Part shown: one piece after another, positions 38,539 to 51,200 of the stretch
Numbering within the stretch: position 1 is the first letter of the stretch
How the letters are laid out: every line of letters begins with the position of its first letter
Source of the DNA: Octopus sinensis
Taxonomy: Eukaryota
DNA: 64,000 nt
Assembly (NCBI RefSeq): GCF_006345805.1
Contig: NC_043015.1
Coordinates: 39,866,001 to 39,930,000 of the forward strand
Reading direction: 5' to 3'
Position numbers and translations under genes: made by a program
The notes under the pieces: generated by a model
What the model saw: only the letters and a program-made list of their open reading frames with translations
What the model was told of the DNA's origin: nothing
Databases searched by the model: none

Positions 38539-38624
38539 CAGCACGGCTTTCTATCGACCAATCAAATTGCAGCACAGCTCTCTACCAATCAGGTTGCAGC
38601 ACTGCTCTCTGCCAACCAATCGGG
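38539..38624 (+). promoter_or_regulatory. Three tandem CCAAT boxes (possible NF-Y module)
   Basis: CCAATC at 38558, 38585 and 38616, each preceded by cagcac.gct.tct. Confidence 0.35.
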
Positions 38625-39177
38625 CCTTCACTCACATCTTCAATGTGACTCTTGAAGAAGAGTTAATCTCTATGCAGTAATGATGCTGTATATTTAAATA
38701 TACACACACACACACACATACATATACACATATGCGCATAGAGTTGTTTAGGCAGGTGTGTATGTGTGCGTATATATATGTCTGTCTATGTATGTGCGTT
38801 TGTGTGCAAGTATGTATACGATGGATGTGTGTGTGTGTGTGTGTATATATGTTTGTGTATGTGTATGCGTGCGTGTTAAAACACACAGTATACATACATG
38901 TAAATATATATAATTCTCTACAGATGCACTTGTGCACATGCAGATTTGCATGTGTGTACACACAATCACACGTATATATATATACATATACACACACTCA
39001 TATATATTTGTGTATACATATATATGGCCACACACACACACACATGGATGTATACATATAATTACAAAAAAAAGAACACTTACTAATTTGTAGAAAATTT
39101 TTAACTTTTCCTGAAATTCTACCAGAGTGGTTTTCTTAACCTGGTTGTAATTATTATAATTATTATTATTATTGTTA

Positions 39178-39223
<46 letters not shown>

Positions 39224-40454
39224 CATCTTTATCTTATTATTATTGCTTGAGATGTGTATAAAACACGGTGGAAGTGGAGAGATGTTGGGCCTACGAAGGG
39301 AGAGAACAGTCTAGATGTCACATAACAACAAAAGGTTCAGAGTTCAACACCAGGGTTGGGTCACATGGTTAAAAAAAAACAAATAAACATAAAAATAAAG
39401 AAATTTTAAAAAATAATAATTTGTTTTCTTTTTTTTTACCTTTTCTCATTTTGTTTACAAGACACCTTAAAGGAAAAAAAACAAAACAATTAAAAATATT
39501 TATCGAAACATTTTCAGGTGTTAAAGAGGATTATTGATAATTAATAATTAACGACATGGGTTCCTCGTTTCAACACAATAGCCACATGTAGGGAGAAGGG
39601 TAGAATCGATTGAAATGATCTTTTTTCTTTTTTGGCCCCCAGTATATTACTGGTACGCCGCTTCAGTTGATCTCCTTTGGAAGAATGAAAAGGCAAAGCA
39701 AAGCCATTGCTGAGATTTTGAATTCAGAACATAAAAAAAAAGAGACGATGCCAATCTACAAGAATTTGGACAATTTACCATTTTTGTCTTCTTTGAAATA
39801 ATAAACAACAAAAGAAAATATAAACAAAAACAATAAAGAAATAAAATAATAAGGTCAAAGGTCAAAGGGTCACATTGGTTAATTTGGGTAAGTTTTTTTT
39901 ACTTTTTCATAATTTTCATTGTTTTTGATTAATTAATATCTTAATAAATTTCACTGTCATTATTATTATATTATTGTTATTATTATTATTATTAATTATT
40001 ATAATTATTATTGGTGGGTGTTGTTGATCTGTGATTTAAAAAATTTTTTGGCAATTTTAAGAAAATAAGTTTTTTCTTTTCATCTCTTCCCCCCCCCACT
40101 CACTTTTCCCCCTTCTCTAGGGCAGGGCCCCAACGTCCCAATCACCCTTGGTTCACCAGTCACATGCTACCCCTCCCCCCTCACCTCTGACCTTAAGCTC
40201 ACCATGGCAGAATTGCTAGGAAGGTGGGGGGGGGAGGGGATCTGGTAGAAGCAAGAGGTACAACTGCTACGATCCGATCCGTAAAATCCCCGGCCACCAC
40301 TCTGCTGCCCCACCCCACTCGGTCCTACCTCGTAATTCCTTACTCCCCCCCACACCCCCACACAACCCGACCTAATCAACAACATACCACCCTCCCCCTA
40401 GTTCCCCCCATCCCCCAGTTTTAGCAACTCCGTAACACAGCACCACACTCAGTC

Positions 40455-40802
40455 ACCGTGTGTGCGCGCACGTGTGTGTGTGTGTGAGTACATTTGTGAT
40501 GTGTGTACACGTATGTACTTGCATATGAAAGAGTGTGTGTGTGTGTGTGTGCGTGCGTACGTGTGTGTGTATATATATATATACATACACACGCATATAC
40601 ATATATGTATAAATGAATGTATGCACAGATATATATATGTATGCACATATATATATATATATGTATGTATACATATATACACACATGTATAGAAGTATAT
40701 CTATGTTTATATGTGTGTGTATATATATATATATATATATAATATATATATATGTATGTATACATATATACACACATGTATAGAAGTATATCTATGTTTA
40801 TA

Positions 40803-40834
<32 letters not shown>

Positions 40835-40879
40835 CATACACACACACATATACATATATGTATAAATGAATGTATGCAC

Positions 40880-40913
<34 letters not shown>

Positions 40914-40985
40914 ACATATATATATACACATGTATAAAAGTATATCTATGTTTATATGTGTGTGTGTATATATATTTATATATTC
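40455..40985. repeat. TA/TG/CA microsatellite complex with higher-order duplications
   Basis: An about 60-bp block occurs three times. Confidence 0.9.
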
Positions 40986-40995
40986 ATGGGAGTTC

Positions 40996-41264
40996 TTAAA
41001 AAAACAAATGAGTGTATAATAGTTGAGAGGTGAATACTAGGCTGAGTACGGCCACTGACCAGTGCGGCGCTCTGGCCGATGACCGATCGTCAGGCGCAGG
41101 TCTGAAAGATTTGGTACGCGGAGTAGTGGATGCAAAGTAGTAGCCGTCAGTGTTTGATTGGTGTTCATTGTTTTCCTTGTACGTGATGGAATCGTCCTCA
41201 TGATCACCACTGCCCGATCCACTGAGGTCATCGTAACCACTGCTGTCCCCACTGCCGTAGATGT
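40996..41264 (-). CDS. GPC6: Glypican last coding exon ([25 protein letters not shown]...[31 protein letters not shown])
   Basis: cttctccttgcag|ac acceptor; five Ser-Gly sites in acidic context (HS attachment) and a small-residue omega site plus hydrophobic tail (GPI); TAA at 40996-40998. Confidence 0.95.
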
Positions 41265-44200
41265 CTGCAAGGAGAAGAGAGAAGAAAAAGAAAGATGGTT
41301 AGGTTGAGTGACGGTGGGAGGAGATAGTGTGAAGCTTGGAGGGGTAGGAGTGGGGGTGTAATGATTTAGGAACACGTTTAAGAGCCCTTGTGGTTCCACA
41401 TAAAAAGAGCCTGTGCAGTGTCACATGAAAAGAACTTGTGTGGTGCCATGTAAAAAGAGCCCTTGTGGTGCCATGTACAAAGAGCCCTTGTGGTGCCATG
41501 CAAAAGCGCTCGTGTGGTGCCATGTAAAAAGAGCCCTTGTGGTGCCGTGAAAAAACACCCATACGGTGGTATGCACAAAGAGCCCTTGTGGTGCCATGAA
41601 AAGGTGCCCGTGCGGTGCCATGTAAAAGGAACCCTTGTAGTGGCACGTAAAAGCACCCAGCTGTAGAAACCATGCCAAAGCAGACTGGTGGTTGGCAAGC
41701 AAATGACCAGTGAATGAAGTGAGTGTGATAATTACTACAAGTCCTAAAATCAGTGGCCCCTAACTGTGGCACAGCTCTCACCTTTGCAGTCACTTAACCA
41801 TGAAGTGTTGTTGTTGTTTAACCAAGTCAAACCCCAAATCAAGGCATTCTAACCACAGCCATTTTGTCTCATTAGGGGTCCATTAAGACGACATTACTTA
41901 AGGTCTTCTTTCTCAAGATTGTGTGTTTAGATTAAAAGGAAACCTTGCTGCTATTTCGAAGAAGACCACTATATTGCACAATCGTGGGCAAACAGAAACC
42001 CACAGGATTTTCTGAATGGCATACCTAAAAGAAAAATTCCACTGAACTTTTTTTTTTTCAGATGTGTGGGTTACCTGGTGATGCTTCCTGTCTCCTAAGG
42101 TCCACTTCTCAAAAAAGGTGGCCCATGCATGATAGAGAGACATTGGCCTGAGACCAATGGTCAACAGTTACACACTGCTCAGAATGATGGTCACCTAGCA
42201 ATTAAAAACCAATAATGTGACCACAGGAAGATCCACTTTTAAACCATTGATCCCATAATTTAACCCTAAATACGAGGGCCTTAAACATTTTCTGCTCTCA
42301 ATCTTTTAAGTTAGACCCCAATGAAGAACAAGCTTCTGTGGTCATATATTACTGACACCCATCACCTGTAGACAACCTTTTTATGAACCCCTTATCCACA
42401 ACAACCATGCATCAATGGATACCTAAGGGTCCACATTCCCCTAAATCATCAGCACAGTCATTACTCCCTCACCACCCGTTTTCCAATGATATATTGCCCC
42501 TGTCCCCTACCCATCAACAACTGGACAAAGCAATGTTTAAGTTTTAACCTTTAATTTCCCCAAAATAAATCACCTTTATTAATTCCAACCATAAACCTTC
42601 ACTCAACATCTCTCTACCCCACCTTCACTCAATACCTCTCTACTCCCACTTTCACCCAACACTTCCATCTCCCACCTTCACTCAACATCTCCTTTCCCTA
42701 CCTTCACTCAAAACTTCCTTTCCTCTACTTTCACTCAACACCTCATTTACCCCACCTTCACTCAAAGCCTCCTCTTCCTACGTTTACTCAACACTTCCCT
42801 CCCATTACCTTCACTCAACACCTCCCACTTTCACTCAAAGCCTCCTCTTCCCACTTCACTCAGCATCTCACTCCTCTTACCTTCACTCAGCATCTCCCTC
42901 CCCCACCTTCACTCAACATCTCTCTACCCCACCTTCACTCAATACCTCTCTACTCCCACTTTCACCCAACACTTCCCTCCCATTACCTTCACTCAACACC
43001 TCCCACTTTCACTCAAAGCTTCCTCTTCCCACTTCACTCAACACCTCCCTTCCCCCTACTTTCACTCCACACTTCCCTCCCCCCTTACATTCACCAAACA
43101 CTCAACACTCCTCCCTCTCCCCCACTCACCGTTTATCAAAGACTCCACGTCCTCCCCGTTGTATGCGTCCTCCAGCTTCATCGTTATACTCCTCAGCTGC
43201 GTCATCTGATATGAAATCACGGTCTTCATTTGCTTCAATTCGGGATCCGAGTCTTCCGACAGATCCGTTTCGTCCTTCAGCATCACAGACCAATCACTAA
43301 CGGCAACAAGACCACAAGAACAATTACTAGACATGTAAACACAAACAGTTTAATAAAATACAAATGATGTTGTGATGTTCATGCAGTTTTTAAAGCAAAA
43401 CATAACAAAAGACATCAGAAACTTGTCTGATATCAGCTCGGCTCTGATCGAGTAAAGTTACGAATCAAAGTTGGTCCAAACATGACCACTCTGTTTAAAT
43501 ATAAAAGACACGACATTCTTTTATTTGTTTCAGTACTTATTCTATTGGTCTGTTTTGCCGAACTGCTAATGTTACGGGGACGTAAACAGACCAGCATTGG
43601 TTGTCAAGCCACATTGGGAGGACAAACACAGATGCACACACACACACACATTTATATCTCTCTCTATAAATATAAAGCTGAAGTTGTCTGTGTGTGGCAG
43701 GTTTGGTAGCCTTCAACTAACACTATCTCCTCCGAGACCCTCCAGCGCAAGTTGACCAAAATTGAGAGTATGATAGAAGAAGGCTTGCTCTTCATTCCGT
43801 AGAAGAAAAAATTCAAACCGGACCACGTTAACACCAAAAATTATTTTCATCAAAAAGGTGCTTTTTTTTCTATGAAAATCCCTATTTTTTTACGATTTTT
43901 TGACTGCTGTGTCGCCATTTTTCGGTGTATTTCAACCAGAAAAATGTTCACTTCAAGAGAACAACAAGCTACATAATGCAAAATTTTTACTTTTTAAAAA
44001 TTCCAATTCTGAAGGGTCGAAACAAACCCGAGCAACACTGCTAGTATATATATAAATATAAAAATGGAACAAAAACACAATAGAGGACAACAAAAACATT
44101 CGGAGAGAGAGAGAGAGATGATACAAAGGCAGACAAGAGAAACCACAATTAGGACAGGCAAAAAAAGATGGGTCCAGGCTTCTTTCAGTTTCTGTCAACC

Positions 44201-45185
44201 AAATCCACTCACAAGGCTTTAGTCAGCCCGAGGCTATAGTAGAGGACACTTGCCCAAGGTGCTACACTGGGACTGAACTTGGAACCATGTGGCTGGTAAG
44301 CAAGCTACTTATCACGCAGCCAGTCTTGTGCATAAATAATAATAATAAATATCAGCTTACAGTTTATAAGTGGTCACCGTGTATTGACCAAAGAAAATAA
44401 TCTACTATTAGACTATTTTTTTAGTCAATATACAGCAATTTGCTTATAAGCTATAACTTATAAAATTGTCACTCATCACCACTTCTCAACTCATCGCAGA
44501 CATATATATATATATATGTATATATATATGTGTATAGCATTAAAAAAAAAAAGGTTCAGTAAAATTGTATTACATACATATTAGAATGAAACCACTATGT
44601 GGACACCCTTATACTAGAAATAGATCCAAGATTTTCTTGAGAAAATTTCTTAGTGGTAAGACCATAGCGGATCTATTTCTAGCAAAAGGGTGTCCACATA
44701 GCGGTTTCCCTCTATGTATATATATGTATATATAAAGAGAGAGAGATGCATGATAGATACATAGATGGAGAGATAGATAGATGTATAATAAATAAAATTA
44801 CCTGTCTTTTCCATTTGCAGACCAACAATTTTCTTCGTTAGGTGTCATGGCTGTGACCGAGGACAGGTTACCTAACGTCACCTGATATTTACTGACTGGA
44901 GCACCTCTTGAAGACAGAGATTCTTTGCATACAAAATAAGGGACATTTATCCAGAAGTCGTAGGCTATTTTGACTTTGTCAGTAATGTCCCGTACAAGCC
45001 GGTCGAGACTCGTTCCAGCAGCTGTGATTGGCCGTTTAAGGTTCTTCTTTGAGGGCCATTCATAAACGAACTTTTCATGTACCATATTGTCTGCATGTCT
45101 TGGAACTCGTGAGGATGGGTGGCCACATTTGGCAGAAGCCTAGGAAGAATATACACAATTAAGTCACATGTTAACAACAACAATA

Positions 45186-45237
<52 letters not shown>

Positions 45238-48200
45238 CCCTGATGCAGTACCGGACAGTGGCTCTCATGGCTTCTGATCTTAATTGATTGGAAGTGTCAT
45301 CTTGTACATTGTTTTGTCTTGGTATAAAAGATGGGCTACAGCAAATATTCTGCTCAATACCACAGATTTGCTTGTCAGTTGTTTGACCTTAACCAGTTGA
45401 GCATGTCCCTTAGTGGCTGACGATATGGGCATCTCTGATCACGAGCAGAAGTAGTGGGGGAGCATCATAGCCATGTGTTGAGAAGGATTCTTTGGGATTT
45501 GAATAATTCACCTTTGGAAACATGGGTGATTTGTTCAACATCCTTAAACAACCCTTATTCAGGGACATTTTGAGTGGGATGGACTACTCAACCTGAAGGA
45601 AATTCTAACTGGGCCCCACCTGCAAGGCCATGCATTATCTTGAGATCACCATGTCACACACATATGGTTGTGATGCATGTGCCTGGTGTACCCTTATCAG
45701 ACAGGTAGTCATGATGGATATACTGGGCTTTGTATATTTGTACCCCAAGTGTCACTTTGATGGCATGAACTGCTCTCTCATCATCATCATCATCATCGTT
45801 TAACGTTCGTTCTCCATGCTAGCATGGGTTGGACGGTTCGATCGGGGATCTGGGAAGCCAGAAGGCTGCCCCAGGCTCCGGTCTTATCTGGCAATGTTTC
45901 TACAGCTGGATGCCCTTCCTAACACCAACCATAATAATAATAATAATGATGGTGATAATAATCATGGTTTCTGATTAGGAATAAGGATTAGGGGGTTAAT
46001 TGACATCAGTGAACCCAGCACTTGAGTAATGCTTCATTTTATCAAGCCCAGAGGAATGAAAGGCAAAGTGAATATTGAGGTGGATTTGAACTCGGAATGT
46101 GAAGATCTAGAGATGAGTACCTCAAGACACAGTTTCTGATTCTTTCAACAGATTCTGCCAATAATGGTTTGCTTTGTTGTTTTTAGCACAAAACCGTTTT
46201 ACAGAATCACAGAATAAAATTGTATTAAATTCACACAGTCTTGACATATTGTGGTGGTGGTGGTGTGTGTGTGTGTGTGTGTGTGTGTGTATTGTAGTAC
46301 AGTGATACGATAGAGTAGGTGGCGAGCTGGCAGAACCGTTAGCACGCCGGACGAAATGCTTAGCGGTATTTCATCTGCCGCTACGTTCTGAGTTCAAATT
46401 CCGCCGAGGTCGACTTTGCCTTTCATCCTTTTGGGGTCGATTAAGTAAGTACCAGTTACGCACTGGGGTCGATATAATCGACTTAATCCCTTTGTCTGTC
46501 CTTGTTTGTCCCCTCTGTGTTTAGCCCCTTGTGGGTAGTAAAGAAATAGATACGATAGAGTAGTGGTATAACATGGTTGTGCAGAGTGATAGCATTGGTC
46601 TTTAACCCCAGTTAATCCTAATTAAGCAGACACCAATGACCACAGACATTCCGGCCATAATCCTCCAAGTCATTTTGGAGGAATCTACAATTATTATGTC
46701 TTGTGCGTTTTTTTTCCTTTTATGGTGTGATACGAGCAAAGTTTTTGGCCAAAGTGATCTATCATACATTTGCTAAATAAGAGCTCTCTCATATTAGGGA
46801 GGCAAGATCCAGGCTTACTAGGATTTGAACTCAGATAAGACAGCTTTCACCTCATCAACTTCTGTGTCCCACAAATGTGACAAGGGATGAAAAGGACTTG
46901 TGAGATTGAAACTTGGCCATTACGGCGAAATAACATCAACAAAATTTAAAATTCAACATAAAAATGTAAACTGGATCTCATTTGACAAGATATGTTGAAT
47001 TGGTGTGAAACTGGCTGAGTATACCAAACGTGTTTCTTTAATGTAGTTCTCCAGAAGAATCAGCAAAACACATCACATGATAAGACTAGACCTTTATATT
47101 ATTGCTATCATCCATCTGATGGGATTCCACATAGTTTCCACCAGCTCAGTTTCACTCAAAAGGTACAGGACAACCTGAGCAGGTGACATCAGACACTTAC
47201 CCAAGACGGCATGCAGAGGAATTGAACCAAAGACCATCTGTTTGTGGCACGACCTTCTTAGCCATTCAGTCATGACCATGGAAACACAAGACTCCGGCTG
47301 TCGGGTTAGTTTTGTCTGGGAAGAATTAGAATTACGGCAGGAAGGCTTACCATGTGTTCCTGTTCTTTTAAGAAGAGAGGTTGATCAGATACAGGAACAG
47401 GAGGATTGGAACTCCTGGTTCGATACTCTGCAATGGGGCCACATACACAAAATTAATCAAAAACCTTCCAAAAGTCAGCAACAAACAAGAGGCAAAAATC
47501 TCTTCCGACCAATTCCAGAAGGGATTACATAACACACCAAGTGGGGACAGACGATCCTCTAAAGAATAGGCAAATATAGCAATTAGAGTACAGTATACCA
47601 TTTAGAGTACAATTCCAATACTCAGGAAACCATCCCATTCATCTCATCGGAGATGAAACATAATACTCCAGAAAAAGCCATTCCAGTAATTAACCCCTTA
47701 CCCGGCAGAAACGAATATATGCGTTTTGACCAAAATCGTTTTTTTCTATCTCTGGCGAGTTAACTAGTCAAAAGATAGACTCGCCAAAACATAGTAAAAT
47801 AAAACAATTAAAAAATATGTCTGAAAAAATACATTTATTTTCAAAATAATTGTTGGGTAAGGGGTTAAGGTATAACCGAAGTACCCCAGAGACCATTCCA
47901 GTGTCTAAAAGAATTAACAGAGTCATACTTACTTGTTCTGTGACTGCAGCTGCTTTGTTCTGGAAAGACATGATGGCATCTGATATTTTAACATTGATGG
48001 GATCAATAACAGATTCTATGTTGAAAGGTCCATTCAGTTGCTGCGTTATCTTCTCCAGGGCATCTGCACAACATAACGAGATTTAATTAAAGGATTCGTT
48101 AGAACAGAAAAGACTTCAAGAACAACTGACAGAGACTTAGTTTGAATGGGATGCAGCTGAAGTTGGTGTCAGGGTGAGGAACCACCGGTGCCTGCTTCCG

Positions 48201-51200
48201 AGTGAAACGACGACAGAAGTTCTTAGCAAAGAAGTCCCTAAACGTGGCATTCATTGACAAAGGGAAGAGCTTTGATAGGGGTCTGCTCTCAGGAGCCTGG
48301 TGGTTCCTAAGGAAGCCATGTGCTGGGGAATGGCAGTGAGATGTGTGCAGAGGTGAGAGGATAATTAACAGGTTCAATGAGAAATTTAGAGTAGGGGCAA
48401 GTGTCCATTAGGGTCCAGTCTTCAGCCACTCCCTGTTTATTAAGGGTCTCCTGATGATAACAGAGCAGTTCAAAACTGGATGCCTGTGCTGACAACCTAA
48501 TTCACTTAAGCAAGCGATCCACGGAATTACAGGAAAATTCCAAATATGGAAACAGATCTTAGAAACAAGACAGACAGTATCACTAAATTTGGTTGTTTTG
48601 TGTTGTTAAGGTTAGCAAGAAAATCTGGATGAAGGTCAATGATCCAACCCCATGCCGGTTTGGAAATACAAACATAAAAAGGGATCTCTTCAGTATTTCC
48701 CTCTGAAAGTTGAAGAGTCTGAGAATCCGCTAGAGGGAAGCACTGGGCAAATGCTGTGTTTTTACATCTTTTTAGCATAAGAAAGAATTTTTTCTCTAAA
48801 GTAACTGCTTTAGCAATTAAAATATGTCACAAACATATTTTAATTAACCCTAAGTTCATTTATTTCTAATCACTGCTTGGCACTAATGCTGCTATTTTTA
48901 AATAACTGCCCTACATGTTTCCTGGTAGCCTCCTGGGTCTACAGGTGTGGTTATATCTCCTGCCAAGTATCCAGAGATGATGGGTGTGGCTACATCTCCT
49001 GGGAAGTATCCAGAGACTATGGGTGTGGCTCCATCTACCAAAAATCTATTTGAGGCAATGGACATGGCTCCGCCTACTGGGATTTTAACAGTAATATATT
49101 AATTATATGAGCAAGACACTTTATTCTTCACATTGCTCCAGTTCACTCAGCTGTAGGAATGAGTTGTGACATCACTGGTGCCAAGCTGTATCGGCCCCTT
49201 TGCCTTTCCCTTGGATAACATTGGTGGTGTGAACAGGGTAAGCTGGTACACATGGGCAACTGCTGGTCTTCCATAAAACAACCTTGCCCAGACTTGTGCC
49301 TCAGAGGGGAACTTTCTAGGTGCAATCCCATGGTCATTTTTGACCGAAGGAAGTCTCTATCCTTTACATGAATTATTTATCAATTTTGCCTTTCAACCTA
49401 AAATAATGTTGGGAGGGTCAATGTAATCTTCCATAGTGCTCCAGCATGGCCTGGATGAGAAGAAACATCTGTGATGTGGTTTCAAATCTCATTGCTTCTC
49501 GGTAATAAAATACTTTTCTAAACAATTGTAAATAATGGAGAAGCAAGGACTGGTGTGGGAAGCAGAGTAACAAATGCAAGTGAGGTGGTAGAATTGGTGG
49601 AGGGCAGGACCAAAGGCCTTGCAATATTTAGCCAAATACTGTTAGGTTCTGAGTTCAAATTCAGACAAATCCAACTTCACGTTTTTATCTTTGGAACCAG
49701 GAAAAATTGGCATCAGTCAAGTATGGCAATTGGTATAATCAATTCTACCATTCCTAGCTGTAGGACTAAGTTAAAAATTAATATTAATTATTATTATTAT
49801 TAAAGGCGGCAAGCTGGCAGAAACGTTAGCACGGCGAAATGATTATCGGTATTTCGTCTGTGGTTACGTTCTGGGTTCAAATTCCGCCGAGTTCGACTTT
49901 GCCTTTCATCCTTTCGGGGTTGATAAATTAAGTACCAGTTACGCACTGGGGTCAATGTAATCGACTTAATCCGTTTGTCTGTCCTTGTTTGTCCCCTCTG
50001 TGTTTAGCCCCTTGTGGGTAGTTAAAAATAAAAACTTATTATTATTATTATTATTAAGTGCAGTGGATATCAGGATTGGTAGCCTGGTGGTATAAAGGTG
50101 TGATGGAATGGCAGTCCAATGGTATAAGTGCCGTGTAAAGCATACTTATGTCTTTTCATGTTCTCAGTTCAATTCCTGCCAAGTTCAAGTTTTGTCTTTC
50201 CTCTTCCTGGGGTTGGTATAATAAAGTACCAGTCATGAACTGGGATCCATGTACCCCTTGTGGCTATGTCAGAAATTAATATCATAGTTATTATCATGAT
50301 GAGAATTAATATGTGGAAACTTCAAATAATTATATGAAACATGTTAATGAGATTTGATTAACGAAGTAGAACCAGTTAAAGTGTTATTAATAATTCAAAA
50401 TCAATACAATTTGTTGCTATGGAAACTAAACTAACATAAAATTTAATTATTTGCCTATCATTAAGTGACAAAAAAATAACATAATTACAACATTCCCTTT
50501 ATTATTCCCTGGTTTGGTTTGGTTGGATAAGTTTGTAAATTTATATATTTCCTAGTAGTCTGATATAACACAAGATGTTACATTTGGATGCACTGATAAA
50601 GGAGTACTCAATACATGTAATAGAGTATGTTTGTTCAAAGCTGTACTTTCACTCTACTGTCACTCACGAGTTTTCCTCTATACATGTTCCATAAACTTGA
50701 AGGATCACTCACATACATATACATTGTGCTGGTGCCATGTAAAAGGCACACTTAGACCACTCTGTGGAATGGTTGGTGTCAGGAAAGGCATCCAGCCGTA
50801 AAAACCCTGCCAGACTCGGTTAGTAGCCTGCACTCTTAACCACTACGTCTTATACCCGTGGGCAAGTATGGAGTGAATTTTAGGGCTTATAAATCTAATA
50901 TTTTCCTATCTTTCTTTAATGTTCTGCGGCATATAAAAAAAGGGGGGTACACTGCATGATGTAATCCTAGAATGTAATCCATTATGTAATCCTGACATAA
51001 GACATGATGGTCATAGGTGGCATGTCTTTAATCATAGCTCTGTTGGATCAGGTCAGACCTGGGGCAAAACGACAATAAAGAACATGAGATGTTGCAGTCC
51101 TAGATACACTGTGGTTGGATAAAAGACAAGATGACTAGATGGAATATCTCTGATCATAGGTCTGCTGGATCAGAACTGACTCGGGGCTAAACAACAACAT

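Noticed and set aside
38632-39061. Overlapping Cys/Val/Tyr/His-rich ORFs (also 40421-40999 and 62494-62944)
   Set aside because: They are translations of TG/CA/TA dinucleotide repeats.
41380-41660. CRISPR-like look of the 25-bp array
   Set aside because: Units are head to tail with no unique spacers, there are no cas genes, the context is eukaryotic, and the unit derives from a retroposon.
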